This document shows positions 13,434 to 32,090 of a DNA stretch of 64,000 nt, piece by piece. Below the pieces are notes generated by a model. That model was not told where the DNA came from, did not search any database, and worked only from the letters and a program-made list of their open reading frames with translations. This DNA is from the human T2T-CHM13v2.0 reference genome, Homo sapiens. The first letter of the stretch is position 1; the number at the start of each line of letters is the position of its first letter. A program made the translations under genes and the position numbers. Location of the stretch: the NCBI RefSeq assembly GCF_009914755.1, contig NC_060940.1; one strand, given 5' to 3'.

Positions 13434-14444
13434 GAGCTCAACTTGTCCTGTGTTTAGGGTCACTGGGGTTTAGATTGTGTTGATTTTCCCCTTCCTCTCT
13501 TTGTTTTTTATTTGTATCTCTATAAGAACACTATTTCCTCTCCCTTCTCTTTTTTTGACCTCTCAATTTTTATGGTGGTCCTTTGCTTCTCCTTTCTCTT
13601 CCCTCCTTCCCCATCCCACCTTGCTTTCCACTTTCCTTCTTTCCACAGCTCACCCTTTCTTTCTTGCCATTCCTACATCTGTAAAATGAGAAAAACTATA
13701 ACTATATTATCTTGACTGTTTGAAGGCTTAAAAAAATACACTTAAGACTCCTAATGTTCAGATACTGTAGGCTCTTAATAAATGGAAGATGTTCTTCTTG
13801 CCTGTTCTGTTTCTCTGAGTCTGTCTTCTTCTTTTCTCTCTCATTTCCTTACTTAGATCCTTGGCATCTCGTTCTGCTTTCCACCCCCGTCTTTTGCTGT
13901 CAGGTTGGCATCAGCACCTTCTTCACCCCCACAGCTCAGGGAGGCAGCGCCCTTCATTCACACCAATAACACTCTCTCCTCAGCTCTGTATACTTCCTTC
14001 ATTTGATAGGCACAATGGTAACTTGTTAAGGTGATTCACTATACATCACAAAAAAGTCACATTTCATGAACTTCAGGAATTTCCTCAATAAAGACATATT
14101 TGCTCTATGTACATTTTAATTATCTTTTTCAGAGGATTATTTTAGATGCCAGAAGCAGGACTGCTTGGAAGCCACCAGCTAGAATTTGGCTTACACTTAA
14201 AGTTCTCTCCAAGGTGCTGAAACTTGAAGCCATCAGGTGTCTTCACTTAATTCCCTTTGTTAGGGTGGACAGGAGAGACTCTTTCAGACATGCTTGATAG
14301 ACACTGTTACAATAGCATCTTGCTTTGAAGTTTCTGAATTATGTTACTTCAAATTTATACCTCACTCCTATAATGTCATTTCCTGGCTTAGAAACCTTTC
14401 ATGATTATTTTCCAATGCATCTAGCTCTTACAGCTCTGTTCTTG

Positions 14445-14730
14445 TAAAAGCTTAAAGTTCTGGCAAAGAGCATGGCTTCTGGGGTCATCCTCTCCCCATG
14501 ACTAACTGGCTGTGTGACCTTGGAAAAATTACTTAACCTCTGTATGTCTCTGAAAAATGAGAAGAAATGAGAATAATAACATGCTTACTCCATAGGTTTT
14601 ATAAGGGTTAAATAAATTAATGTATGTAAAATCCTCTTTGTAAGGGTTTTGTAAGGGTTAAATGAACTAATGTATTTCAAATACTTAGAAAAATACCTGT
14701 CATATATTAAGTGCTATGTAAGAGTTAATC
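14445..14730 (+). mobile_element. MIR SINE
   Basis: Core 'ctgtgtgaccttggaaaaattacttaacctctgt'. Confidence 0.8.
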
Positions 14731-14819
14731 AGTGAAACCCTTCGAGAACAAATCATATGGAACCAACTTATATCTTCATTTTAGATAAGATAGCATAGTG
14801 GAATTCATTCTGAACTCAA

Positions 14820-14895
14820 TAATAATAGCTTCCATGAACACCCTCAGTATGTGCCAGACATTGTACTGCATTGTACTAGATATGTAAGATATATC

Positions 14896-14940
<45 letters not shown>

Positions 14941-15090
14941 CTGTATCTATCTATCTATATATACATAGAGAGAGAGTAATACAGATACAAATATAGATAG
15001 AAATATATCCCACATAACCTCCTCATGAGATGGGTATAATTATTATCCTCATGCTTCAGGTGAGGAAATAAGACACTGAAAGCTTAAAAT
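14820..15090 (-). mobile_element. MIR SINE interrupted by a tetranucleotide STR
   Basis: 'tatgtgccagacattgtact' and 'attatcctcatgcttcaggtgaggaaataagacactga'. Confidence 0.7.
14896..14957. repeat. (TAGA)11 STR followed by inverted (TATC)3
   Basis: Read directly. Confidence 0.95.
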
Positions 15091-15100
15091 GTTATTTTAG

Positions 15101-15720
<620 letters not shown>

Positions 15721-17189
15721 CTTACGATCTTCCTTTTTAAGTTTTTATAATCTGATGTATTTTCATCTTCATTTATAAGGTTTTGCAGAGATGTTTTTCT
15801 GTGCAGTTATTTTACTTGTAGGTGAGCATATTTTATTCTTATGATATCTATTAAATTCATTAATTTTATAATAATGTTGTTTTGGTTCTTAGTTTATTCT
15901 CTAAAATCTACAACACCCCTTTCATCCCATTCCATTGTTCTATTGACTCAACTTTATGTCTAACATTACTGAAATTTCATTCTAATTAGTATTTTTTTCT
16001 ATAGCTTGAGGTACTCTTCATGCATTTCTGTAAGCTATCTTTTCTTGCCAACAAGTTTCTTCATTATCTTTTGTGAGCTATGTGACATGGTTCTCTATAT
16101 CTTGCCTTTTTGTTGCATTAGTAGATTTTCAGGTTGCAAGACTTTTATAAGCTTCTTATTAATACTAACTCTTTTCACACCTTTTATTTGAAGTCAAAAA
16201 TATATACGCGTGGGTATATTTGTTTGGTTCTTATTTGGTCTTTATTTGGAAACTGTTTGTCTTTCTGAAGAGTGAGAGCTTGAGTGTAGGTTGCTTACAT
16301 ATCCTTTTCCATGTACAGAATGGGAGATGTGAGATAGGATGGGGAGAAAACCTAGTTGTGGAAGTTGTTGGTTTATCTAGGTTTTGTCTTTCTCTCTTCC
16401 CCTCCCCACCCCTCTCATGTTAAATTCCCAAGATCTAGACTTTCTCCCTTTATTTGAAGGGGTAATTTAATAACTGATAAAGTGAATTTACATGTTGAAT
16501 GTTATGCCTAATTAGGTCTAGGGGCTTCAAAAAGGCAGGTAGAACTTGGTGGCTCCACCTGTCTCAATAATAATAATTTTTTTCATCAGTAGCCAAGACT
16601 GAAGGCTGTTCTATGACTTCCAACGGGCAACACCTTGGGCCACATCTCAAAGTGGGAAGTACTGATAAGTATTTTACTGTCTTTCCTCCTTACCCTGCCC
16701 CCATGCCCAGCACTGTGCCAGTGAATACAGATAGGATTCAAAGCTCTGCTGCACTTTGATAGAGTATTCTGTTCCTTTTCTTTACTCTCATCTTAAAGTT
16801 TAGACCACTAAGTTGAATCTCTTTCATTATATGGTTGTTGCTAGAAATGGTGTTTACAATTCCTTATTAATTTCATGAGTAATGAGGAAATGTAGATCTG
16901 TAATTCAACTTGAGCATGTTACCTTTACCCAGAAACACCATTAACTCCCTTATCAAAAAGAAAACTGATGTTCTGAGAGCCTGTGTTTCTCTAAAATGTC
17001 CAGTAATTAGGTAGCGAAGATAAGACAGAATGAGTTCTTTTAATTCCAGTTCTAACAAGCCTTTCCTCTTGCCTACACTCTTCCAGTGAATATTTTCCAC
17101 TTCTACGAGAAACTGAGAAAATAGGTTTAAGTCACAGCATGAAGAAGACAGTCTGAATAACTGATGAAGTGACTTAATAATGCATTTGA

Positions 17190-17760
17190 GCATCCATTCA
17201 TTCAAAAATATGTTGTTAAATTGAGTGTTTACTACAAACTGAACACACTGTTGTGTGTTAGGACATAAGTGGAAAAGGGAGAAATAGAAACGAGGCCCTT
17301 GTTCTTACAGGAATTCTGGTCTAACAGGGAAGACAGTTAATAAAAGGTAAACACATAAAAAGAGCACACGTCAATGACTATACGTTCTATTAAGACAGCA
17401 AGCAAGTGATGTGATGGAGTCTGGAGTTGACAGGGAACAAGGATGCTACTTTACATGATGTAGACAGGGAAGGTCTTTAGGGGGATTGGTGACATTTTGA
17501 GATCTGACAGATGAGAGAGGGTCCATCTCGGGAAAGTGGAAGGGAGAAATGATCCAGGAAGAAGCAGCAGCATTTTCAAAGTCCTGAGGTGGAAAAGGCT
17601 TTGGAGAAGAAGATGTAAACACAAGCCAAGATGGTTGAAATGCAGAGATAAAAAATCGGGAGGCTGGTAACAGATGATGTCAGAGCAGTGGAAGACAGAC
17701 AGATCTGGTAAGACCAATCTACCATGGCAAAGGGTTTGACCGATTGTCAGGCAGGCGAGT
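17190..17760 (-). mobile_element. L2 LINE 3' region
   Basis: Starts 'cattcattcaaaaatat'; typical antisense L2 body. Confidence 0.75.
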
Positions 17761-18789
17761 GACTTCTTGAAGAAGAGAGGATTTTAAAAGGGGAAATTTT
17801 AGATGCTGGAGGTAGTGGCGCGGGTGCTAAACGACTGTTACATTCTGTCTCAGAGGTGGCAACTTTGCAGCACTAAGTGAAAGGAGCTTGGTGTATTTAT
17901 GTGTTGTAAAAAGCTCAGAGATGAAAGGCGCTAGAGAAAGCAAGCCTATGGCTATTCTTACATTTCGAGATGCCCGCCCAGGCCCGTAATAGATTCCTCT
18001 GGCATTTTCTGCTTTCTGTCTGAACATAGGGTAAGAATCTTTTTTTCATTTCCCCAGTTACATCTCACTTGCCTGTGTCTTCCCACTTTGCAGGATGGAT
18101 GTAAAGGTTAATTCCACATCTGTAACTTCAGGAAGGGTTTTCTTCCAGGCTGCCAACCAACCTCTTTGACGATTTGTCTTGGTTGTTGTGCAATGGTATG
18201 TCACCTCTTTCCACTCACCCTTTGAAAACAGCCTATTTAAAGAAAGATGATTTGGGGTTAGAGTCAATAAAATCAGGTGGTAAGCCATTCTTCAGTATGT
18301 TTGGTCTTCAGCAGGTGGGCTGGGTGGCCAGGGAGCCATTTTTTACTGACCACTGTCTCCTTGTCAGCAGTGCAAGCCTGAGAGATGCTCTGTGGCTGTG
18401 CATGCAAAAGGCTCCAAGTGACTTAAAGGTATGCCTAAATGAAAGTCAAATCTGGGCCATAAAAGCTTCTTAAATTACTCTTCTGGGAATTCTCCCGGGA
18501 GGCTCTCCTGGAGAAAATGCAGGCTCCATCCAACATGAACTCTGTCTCTTTAAGCAAATAAATCCGTTTTTTGAGGCTCAATTTTCTCATCTATAAGTTG
18601 GGACAAATATTTCTACCATTCAGTATTCTTTGGAAACTTAAATAAGATATGTAAAGTGACTGGCAGAGTGCCAGTACATCTTTGTAGCCTCTTCCATTCC
18701 TCCTGTCATTGCACCTTCATTCCCTCTTTTTTTTCTGTCCTCTTTAGCAGCCATTTTCATCTGGTGTTAGGGTCTTATCAAAAAGTTTG

Positions 18790-19045
18790 GTGTCAGTGTT
18801 AGAGCACAAACTCTGGAGCCAGACCATGTGGGTTTGAAGCCTGGTTCTGCCATTTTACTTACTACACAATCTTGAGAAAATCATTCAACCTCTTTGTGTT
18901 TCTGTCTTCCCATCAAGTGGTGACAACAACCGAATGTGTCTCACAGGATTGTGATTATTAAATCAGTGAATATACAAAGTGTTTAGGATAATGCCTGGCA
19001 TATGGTATGTGCTTTATAAGTGTCCATAGTTATTATTATTGCTAT
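18790..19045 (+). mobile_element. MIR SINE
   Basis: 'agagcacaaactctggagccagac...aatgcctggcatatggta'. Confidence 0.8.
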
Positions 19046-19324
19046 TGTGTTATGATGATGATGATTCTACTTTCTCTGCTTCTGTAGTTTATCATGTTGG
19101 AAGTCAGTTACCACCAGAGAGGTACTTTTCAAGCAGTTCATCGCAGAGTACAGAGCAAAGTTGCTGGCACCTGGGGGGTTGGTGGGGGGTAGTTGTCTCA
19201 TGGACCCTTGATTCATGTGCTTGTCCACAGCTTAGATTTTGAGGTAAGAACAATAAATTCATATTGGCTAGATTTTGGCTGAAGAGTTGACCGCATATAA
19301 ATATATTTGGTCACAGCCTCATTT

Positions 19325-20888
<1,564 letters not shown>

Positions 20889-22212
20889 TCATTTTTAATA
20901 ATAAAACTATCCCACATAAGAAAAGTGAGTAAAAAAATATGACATATTAAGGTAGTGTGCTACACACCTATAGAAGGAATAGCTTGAAACATTTTTTGGT
21001 GATAGGAAGTGCATTATTATCTCAAAATTAAAATGAGCTGCAGAATAATAGCAATACAAAGACACACAGAGACATTGATAATAGGCAGGAGGAAAAATGT
21101 ACTGAAATATTAACAGTAGCTACTTCTCTCTAAGAGCTTTATACACTGAAGTTTCCCTAAATGCTGAAAGGCTGAACCCACTTCCTCAAGCAGTAAGAAA
21201 GCATAGCCTGAAGTGCCCCACCAAGTGAAGAAATGTCTTTGAAGTTCCATATTTTAACTTGAAAATTTATGTGAATTTTATTTTCTGCTCAACAGTATGC
21301 CATTTTTAAATGTAAAATTATTTTTAAAATTATTGATCAGACAAAAAGTAGAAGCCAAAGAAAGCTAGTTTTCTATCTATTCTTAGGTAGTGACATATCA
21401 TAAGAATTAATCTATTAATGCTGGAATAACTGAGCTGCCTGCAACAGCAGTAACTCCACATATCATATTCCATATGTAGTCATATTTTCTTTTATGTGTT
21501 GTTTTTGCAAAGATTTCAGAGCCCAGGCCGCATAAATATGTGGATATGAATTTGAAAATAAAATCCTTTCACATATTTCCAGTAAAATTGACTATCCAGG
21601 AAATTTTACCATTTTTATTTTAAAGCTTCCCACCTCCTTCAGACTGACTCATACCCCTAGTGGTACAAATACTATAAAAAAGGGACAAAATCTAACTTTA
21701 CCAAACATCTTATAATGTAATATGTCCCAATCAGTTCTTATCTTCTGCTTGCCTGGAGCCTCAACTTAAAGATCATCTCCTCCATCCACTCTGCCTTTAT
21801 CAACACAAGTAGGATGTGTTTCTTCTCCCAGGCTTTCTGTGCTGAAATAGATAGGAGTCATTGTATGTATGTGGCACAGGGAGGGATTTAGAAAGGGAAG
21901 TGACTTGACTGGCTGGTTTTGAAGTCAGTACCTAAACAAATGGAGGAGGAGTGACTACTTGTACTTTGACTTTCATTACTTAAGACTCAAAGGTCCAGGT
22001 ATAGACCTGGAAATAACCATGCATAGACAGTGGGTGCATGTTCCAACCTTCCCTGGGAAAGACTGACCTATTAAGTCCAATTCAATCCATCTCTCTTAAC
22101 CACATGATACAGCATTGCGATTCAGAATGCAGATGTTTGTTTCGGACAGACATGGATATGAATACAGACTCTGATACTTTCCAATGATGTAGTGCAAAAA
22201 TAATAACACCTA

Positions 22213-22510
22213 GACTGGGCGTGGTGGCTCACACCTGTAATCTCAACAATTTGGGAGGCTGAGGCAGACGGATCACATGAAGTCAGGAGTTTGAGACCAG
22301 CCTGGCCAGGATGGTGAAACCCTGTCTATACCAAAAATACAGTAATTAGCTGGGCATGGTGGTGGGGGCCTGTAATCCCAGCTGCTCAGGAGGCTGAGGC
22401 AGGAGAATCACTTGAACCCAGAAAGCAAAGGTTACAGTGAGCCAAGATCAGCCCACTGCACTCCAGCCTGGGTGACAGAGTGAGACCCTGTCCCCCACCC
22501 CCCAAAAAAG
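22213..22510 (+). mobile_element. AluS (Sx/Sz-like) inserted in a MIR
   Basis: Full dimer; TSD aataataacacct/aatagtaacacct. Confidence 0.95.
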
Positions 22511-22599
22511 GAATAGTAACACCTGACTTCCAGGGAACTTATGAGGATCTTCTAAATATGAAACTCAAGAAAGATTAAAGCTTTTCTATGGGAAATGAT

Positions 22600-25375
22600 T
22601 CCATTTGCCTAGAAACAAATTTTTAAAAAATTATCTGCACGCTATACATGAAGGAAATGTTTAAAGACAGTAGAGGACAAAAATATGGCATGAACAAATG
22701 GAAAACCATATTCTTTTCTTGGATTATAAGACAAATATTATAAATTATGAACTCTTCCTCAATTAATTTATATATTCAATATGATTTTATTAAAATGTAC
22801 CAACAGGCTTGTTTTTGAACCAAATAAGATAATATCAAAGTTCACATTAAAAAATGAAAACATCCAAGACAGATTTAAAAAAATAAGAGTTTTGAAGATT
22901 AATGCTATCAGATATAAAGAAATATTATAAGGCTAAAATAACTAAAATAGTGTGGTTATAGCAAATGAATAAAGAGAGATCAATAGAAGAAAACAGAGAA
23001 TGTAAAATTTGAAGCAAAAAGCAAAAACAAAAGTTGTAAAGAAAGTGCATATTAGTGGGAAGAAAGGTAAATTAATACATTTTGTTAAAAATTTTGAAAG
23101 TCATATGGAAATAACCTGGGTCCCTACATGACTCTTTATAATAAGCACATTACAGATAAAGCAAATATTTTAATTCAAAAGTAACTCAATCAGACAACAG
23201 AATATTATTCAATGACAAAAGAAAATAAACTACATCATACTCAATGGTAAAATACAATAAGCTTCTTACCTAACATCGGAAACATGAAAAAGACATCTGC
23301 TTTCACCATTGCTATTAAAAACTGTACTAGAAGTTCTAGCTAAAGAGATTAGGCAAGAAAAAGAAGTAAATTGTAAAGGAAGAAGTAAAACTATCCCAAT
23401 TTACAAATGACAAGATCCTATATATAGAGAATACCTCAACATCCACAAATACACAAAAGTAATACAGCTAATAAATGAATTCAGTAGTTTCAGGGTACTA
23501 TGTCAACACATAAAAAGAAGTTAATTATGTTTCTATATACCAGCAATGAACAATTCAAAAAAGAAAATAATAAAACAATCTCAATTACAATAGATTCCAG
23601 AAGAATAAAATTCTAAGAATAAATTTAATCAAGCAGGTGAAAAGCTCATATATGGAAAACTATAAAACATTGCTGAAATAAAGAAGATATAAATAAATGA
23701 AAAGACATCTCATTTCTTGGATTTGGAAGACTTAATAGTTTTAAGATGGCAATACTAACCAAAGTGACCTACAAAATCAATGCAATCCCTATCAGAACTC
23801 TAACAGTCCAACAATCTTTTTGGTAGAAATAAAAAAGCTAATTTTCAAATTCATAGAGAATTGCAAGGGACAATGAATATCTAAAATGATACTGAAAAAT
23901 AACAAAGTAGGAGGACTCAGAGTTCTCAGCAACTTCAAACTTACTTAAAAACATGAAGTAATCCAAACGTCATGGTACAAGCACAAGGGTGTCAAATCCA
24001 TTCAGCTGGGAAAGAATATCCTCTTCAACAAATGGTGCTGAGGCAACTTGATATCCACATTTAAACAAAAACACTATAAAGTTGCACGTGTATACTTATG
24101 TAACAAACCTGCACTTTCTGCACATGTACCCCAGAAGTTAAAGTATAATAAAAAAATTTTTTAAGTTATACCTCTATCTCATAATATACAAAAAATTAAT
24201 TCAAAATGGACTAATAACCTAAATATAGGGGCTAAAACTATAAAATGTTATAAGAAAACAGACGGGTAAGACCTCATGTTATTGGATTTGGCAATTGTTA
24301 GATATGACACCAAAAGCGTGGGCAACAAAAGAAAAGATAGATAACTGAGCTTCATCAAAATTAAAAACTTGTGCATCAAAGGACATCATCAATAAAATGA
24401 AAAAGCACTTGTAGAAAAGGAGATGATATTTACAAATCACATATTTGAAAGGGGTTCAGTGTCTAGAATATATTTTTAAAAACTCTTACAACAATTAACC
24501 AAAGACAAATAATCCAATCCAAAAAATGGCAAAAGACTTGAAGAAACATTTCTCCAAAAACAATATACAAATGGACAACAAGTACATGAGAAGATTCTCA
24601 ACATAATTAGTCATTAATGGAATGCAAATAAAAACTACAATATGTTATCACTTCACACCCACTAGGATAGCTATAATAAGTAAAAATGGGGAAATATCAA
24701 ATATTGGCAAGGAAGTAGAGAAATTGGAACATTTATACATTGCTGATGGGAATGTAAATGGAGCAGTCACTATGGAAAACAGCTTGATGGTTTCTCAAAA
24801 AGTGAAAAATAAAATTATCATGGGACCCAGCAATTCCACTACTAGGTATATACTCAAATAATGAAAAGCAGATACTAAAACAAATACTTGTGCACAAATG
24901 GTATAGCATCATATTCACAATAGCCAAAGGTAGTATTAACCCAAACTTCCATCAACCAATGAATTAACAAATAAAATGTGATATATACATGAAGTGGAAT
25001 ATTATTTAGCTATAAAAAGGAATGAAATACTGATATATGCTACAACAAAAATGAACCCTGAAAATGTGCTAAATGAAAGAAGCAAAACACAAAAAGATTA
25101 CATAGTGTATGATTCCATTTATATGAAGTATCAAGAATAGGTAAATTCGTAAGTACAGAAAATAGATCAGTGGTTTTCAGGGGCAGGGAGTAGGGGGGTT
25201 TTGGAGTGAATGCTTAGGAGTATGAGATTTTCTTTTGGGGCAAAGAAAATGTTTTGGAACTTGATGGAGGAGATAGCTGCACGACAACCTGAATGCACTA
25301 CATTCCTCTGAGTTATACACTTAAGGAGTTTTAATTTTATGCTAAGTGAATTTTACCTCAACTGATTTTTTAATA
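22600..25375 (+). mobile_element. Old L1 fragments (L1ME-like, then L1MB-like ORF2 and 3'UTR)
   Basis: ORF 24622..24861 (MQIKTTICYHFTPTRIAII) is ORF2-like; L1MB-type 3' end 'gtgaattttacctcaa'. Confidence 0.8.
24084..24156 (+). mobile_element. Extremely truncated L1PA 3' tip (~73 bp)
   Basis: 'atgtaacaaacctgcac...tgcacatgtaccccagaagttaaagtataataaaaaaa' nested in older L1; flanked by aagtt repeats. Confidence 0.85.
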
Positions 25376-25703
25376 AATAAAATGAGCTATGAAGCCACAA
25401 AATATCATGGAGAAAACAAAGCAAATTGCTAAGTGGAAGAAGCCAGTCTAAAAAGGCCACATATTGTATGATTCCAAGTATATGACATTCCAGAAAAGGC
25501 AAAACTATAAAAACACTTTAAAGATCAATAGTTGCCAGAGATTTGAGGGAATCAATAGGTATAACATGGAAACATTTTAGGGTGGTCTCACTATTTTGTA
25601 TGATATTATAATGATAGATACATGGCATTGTGAATTTGTGAAACCTTATAGAACTTTACAACACAAAGAGTGAACCTCAATGTATGCAAATAAAACATAA
25701 TCT

Positions 25704-28573
<2,870 letters not shown>

Positions 28574-28654
28574 TCACAGAAAAATCGAATTATATTAGAA
28601 ATGTATGAAACAACCTCACTGAACATGGTGGGAAAAAAATGTGCAGACTAATAA

Positions 28655-29055
28655 ACTGGACACAGAAAGAAATATACTGCATGATCTCACTCACATGTGA
28701 AATCCCAAAAAACCTATACCTAGAAACAGAGGAAAATGGTAGTTACCAGGGGCTGTGGTGGGTTTAGGGGTGGGGATGGGGAGATGTAGGTCAAAGTATA
28801 CAAAGTTTCAGTAATATAGGATGAATATGTCTAGGGATGTAATATTTAGGATGAGGACTACAGCTAATAATATTGTATTGTGTACTGAAAATTTGCTACA
28901 AGAGTAGATTTTAGGTGATCTTACCACACGCACAAATAACTATGTGAGATGATGTATATGTTAATTTGCTTGACCACAGTAATAATAATGTTACTATATA
29001 CCTATATCTGTATCAAAACATCATGCTTTATACCCTAAATATATACGATAAAAAA
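28655..29055 (+). mobile_element. L1MA-type 3' end
   Basis: 'tactgcatgatctcactcacatgtgaaatc' ... 'aagagtagattttaggtgatcttaccacac'. Confidence 0.75.
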
Positions 29056-29382
29056 GAATTTCAAACTTACAGATATATAAACATAAACAAAAATTCTTTA
29101 AAAAAGAAAATATGTTGACCTCAGTAACTTTGGAAATTAATGGAGTCTGTAAGATGAAAGAACTGCACTTGGTATTATATACACTAGTTGATACAGTTGT
29201 TTCACATGCACATAAGGATTCACAATTCTGTTAGTAGTATGCAGGTATACTGGAATTGAACAATTAAATAGATGGACGATGGATAGTGGAAACCAGATTT
29301 TTCACGTTGGAATGGGAATTTACAGATCAACAAAGGGGAAGAAGCTAGAATAATTCATGTGGCAATAGATTAGAGTTAAAAA

Positions 29383-29643
29383 CGTATGTTCTCACTCATA
29401 GATGGGAATTGAAAAATGAGAACACATGGACACAGGAATGGGAATATCACACACCAGGGACTGTTGTGGGGTGGGGGGAGCGGGGAGGGATAGCATTAGG
29501 AGATATACCTAATGCTAAATGATGAGGTAATGGGTGCAGCACACCAACATGGCACATGTATACATATGTAACAAACCTGCACGTTGTGCACTTGTACCCT
29601 AAAAATTAAAGTATAATAATAATAAAATAAACTAATAAAAAAC
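29383..29643 (+). mobile_element. Young L1PA (PA3-5-like) 3' UTR fragment
   Basis: 'ggggagggatagcattaggagatatacctaatgctaaatga', A-rich tail. Confidence 0.9.
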
Positions 29644-31452
29644 ATAATCACAAGCTCAATTTTAACTTAATATAGATACAAACGGTTACAAATAAAAATA
29701 TGTATAGATATGTATACATACACGGGCTATTGTACACACATATATTTTGCTCTTCTGCTGAAAGGTTCTAAAAGAAATAGCATCCAAATAGCACCAAGCA
29801 CACCTAGTGTTCAGCTCTTAGTTTCAAATGCCATTCACCGTGAGAAGAAACCAGGGCTCCTCAGAGAAATGAATTATTCTAGGACAGGGGTACAAAAAAT
29901 AGAAGATGAGCCTGGGACATCTTGTATTGCCAGGAAAGAAGAAAGTGCTAAAAAAAAAAAAAGGGGGGAGTATATCAAAAAGGCACTGAAAGAGCTCCTA
30001 ATGGCAAAAATGGAATAATTTAAGCAGCAAAATAAGTAGTATTGGATTTTAATCCAAAGTGTAAAATAAGCATCCATAAGCCTATGCCAATATAAATAAA
30101 TGGTTGAATGAATTAATAAATGGGAGAAAAGAGACAAATCTCCCATGCCAAAGAATTCCAAATGAATTATGTAGATAGTCCACCCCAAAGGAGAGGGAGC
30201 ATAACTCCTATGTACAGACCCTTCACAGTAACTTCCTTTCAAAGCCTAAGTACAGTATAAAGCGGGGGCCAAAAGAATAATTTACAATGGAGATACCTGA
30301 CTAACATTACTTCAGTCAGATGATTAAGGTCAACCTCAGCCATAAAGCATGGTAAACCATTGATGTGATGAGATAAAAATGGCACTTTACCTCTGTAATG
30401 TTTCTCCCCCACAACCTATAATCCCAGTCTAATCATGAGACTAGCATCAAACACACTCAAAAAAAAAGGGCTAACCAAATATCTGACCAATACCCTTCAA
30501 AACTTTTAAGATCTTGAAAAATAAGCAAAGACTGAGAAACTATCACAAACCAAAGGAGGCCAGGGAGTCATGACAACTAAATGCAATGTGATATCCTAAG
30601 TTGGACCCTGAAACAAACAAAAAAAGAGGATGCTAGGTAAAATCTAAGGGCATCTGAATAAACTATGGATGTTAGTTAATATTAACATATCAATATGGGT
30701 TCATTGATTGTAACATATAGTAATATTTGTAGAATGTATTTGGGAACTTTCTGTACTAACCTTCCATTTTTTCTTTAAATCAAAAACTGTTCTAAAAAAA
30801 GTCTAATAATTTTAAAAAATCATTAAAAGGAAAAACAGAGATAGAATAAGTTTTAAAACATCTCACTAAACGCGGTGGAGCTTTTTTAAGTCTATGAAAA
30901 GCATAGAAAATTTATAAATTAATAAAAATCTTAATGCTCAAAATAAAAAGCAAAAATGAAAGCAAACTATGGCAGTGTATAAAGACACACAAAAACCTTG
31001 GGAAACATTTACAGTATATAGCTCTTTATAGAGCAACTATTTTTAAAACAGAAAATTACCATGAATCAGTAAGAAAAATGCCAGCAACACGAGCAAGAAA
31101 TAAAGACATGAGCAGATAGCTCACATGGAAACATCATTAGTGTGACAGTCAATCTCTATGCTAAGCAGCAAAGGTGGCAGTGCTTTCTTTGCCAGAGCAG
31201 CCACCGGGTTGTGATTTGAATGCTCTTGCAGGTGCATAGCTCACATGCCTAACTTGCAGGCATTGCAGAAGATTCTGTGATATTACGGATATCCTTGGAA
31301 AAATTACTTTACTACTTGAATGAGCTGAAGTAGATTCACTGGCTTGCAAAGCTTGCAATTGTTGCAAGAAGGAGAGGATGGTTGGAGAAGGGAAGGTTGA
31401 TATTTGTGTCAGTCTGGGTGGGTAAGATTGCATCACAGTAAGAAATAAACCT

Positions 31453-31752
31453 GGCCGGACGCGGTGGCTCACACTTGTAATTCCAGGACTTTGGGAGGCC
31501 AAGGCGAGCGGATCACCTGAGGTCAGGAGTTTGAGACCAGCCTGGCCATAATGGTGAAATCCTGTCTCTACTAAAAATTCAAAAATTAGCCGGGCGTGGT
31601 GGCACATGCCTGTAATTCCAGCTACTCGGGAGGCTGAGCAGGAGAATCGCTTGAAGCTGGGTGGTGGAGGTTGCAGTGGGCCCAGATGGGACCACTCCAC
31701 TCCAGCCTGGGCAACAGAGTGAGATTCTGTTTCAAAAAAGAAAAGAAAAGAA
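31453..31752 (+). mobile_element. AluS SINE
   Basis: Full dimer from ggccggacgcggtggctcac; A-rich tail. Confidence 0.95.
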
Positions 31753-31759
31753 ACCCAAA

Positions 31760-32090
31760 ATCTCAAGGACTTTATTTATACAATGAAGTCCTTCTGACTT
31801 TATTTATCAGTCACAAGATTCTTTGGAGGGTCCAGGTGACTCTCAGGAGTAACTGTTCTCCAATTAGTGTATCAGTCTCCAGGCTACTTTAATTCTGAAA
31901 AACATATAGCCTCCTCTATGATCATTGCAGCAGGGCAAAAGCAATGAGTTTCTCACTGCTAAATGAATGCTTCAGGTCAGTATTGACACATTTATTTCTG
32001 TTCATAGTCAATTGGTTAGAACTAGTCATTTTGTCCAAACTGGAAGAAGGTAAAAAAGAGATATGACAAATACTAATCATTTCTACGACA
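31760..32090. mobile_element. Ancient MLT1-type LTR fragment
   Basis: 'ttctgttcatagtcaattggttagaactagtca' resembles old MLT1 LTRs. Confidence 0.45.

Noticed and set aside
12769-13483. Overlapping 234-aa, 211-aa, 156-aa and 141-aa ORFs on both strands
   Set aside because: They are explained by a repeat unit lacking stop codons; the peptides are low-complexity and start in MIR-derived or non-ATG context
14133-14213. 81-nt open candidate exon after a strong acceptor
   Set aside because: Weak donor (AAG|GTGCTG) and an unrecognised peptide
19231-19243. 13-nt micro-exon (cag|CTTAGATTTTGAG|gtaaga)
   Set aside because: Frame-shifting length, short pyrimidine tract and no supporting gene context
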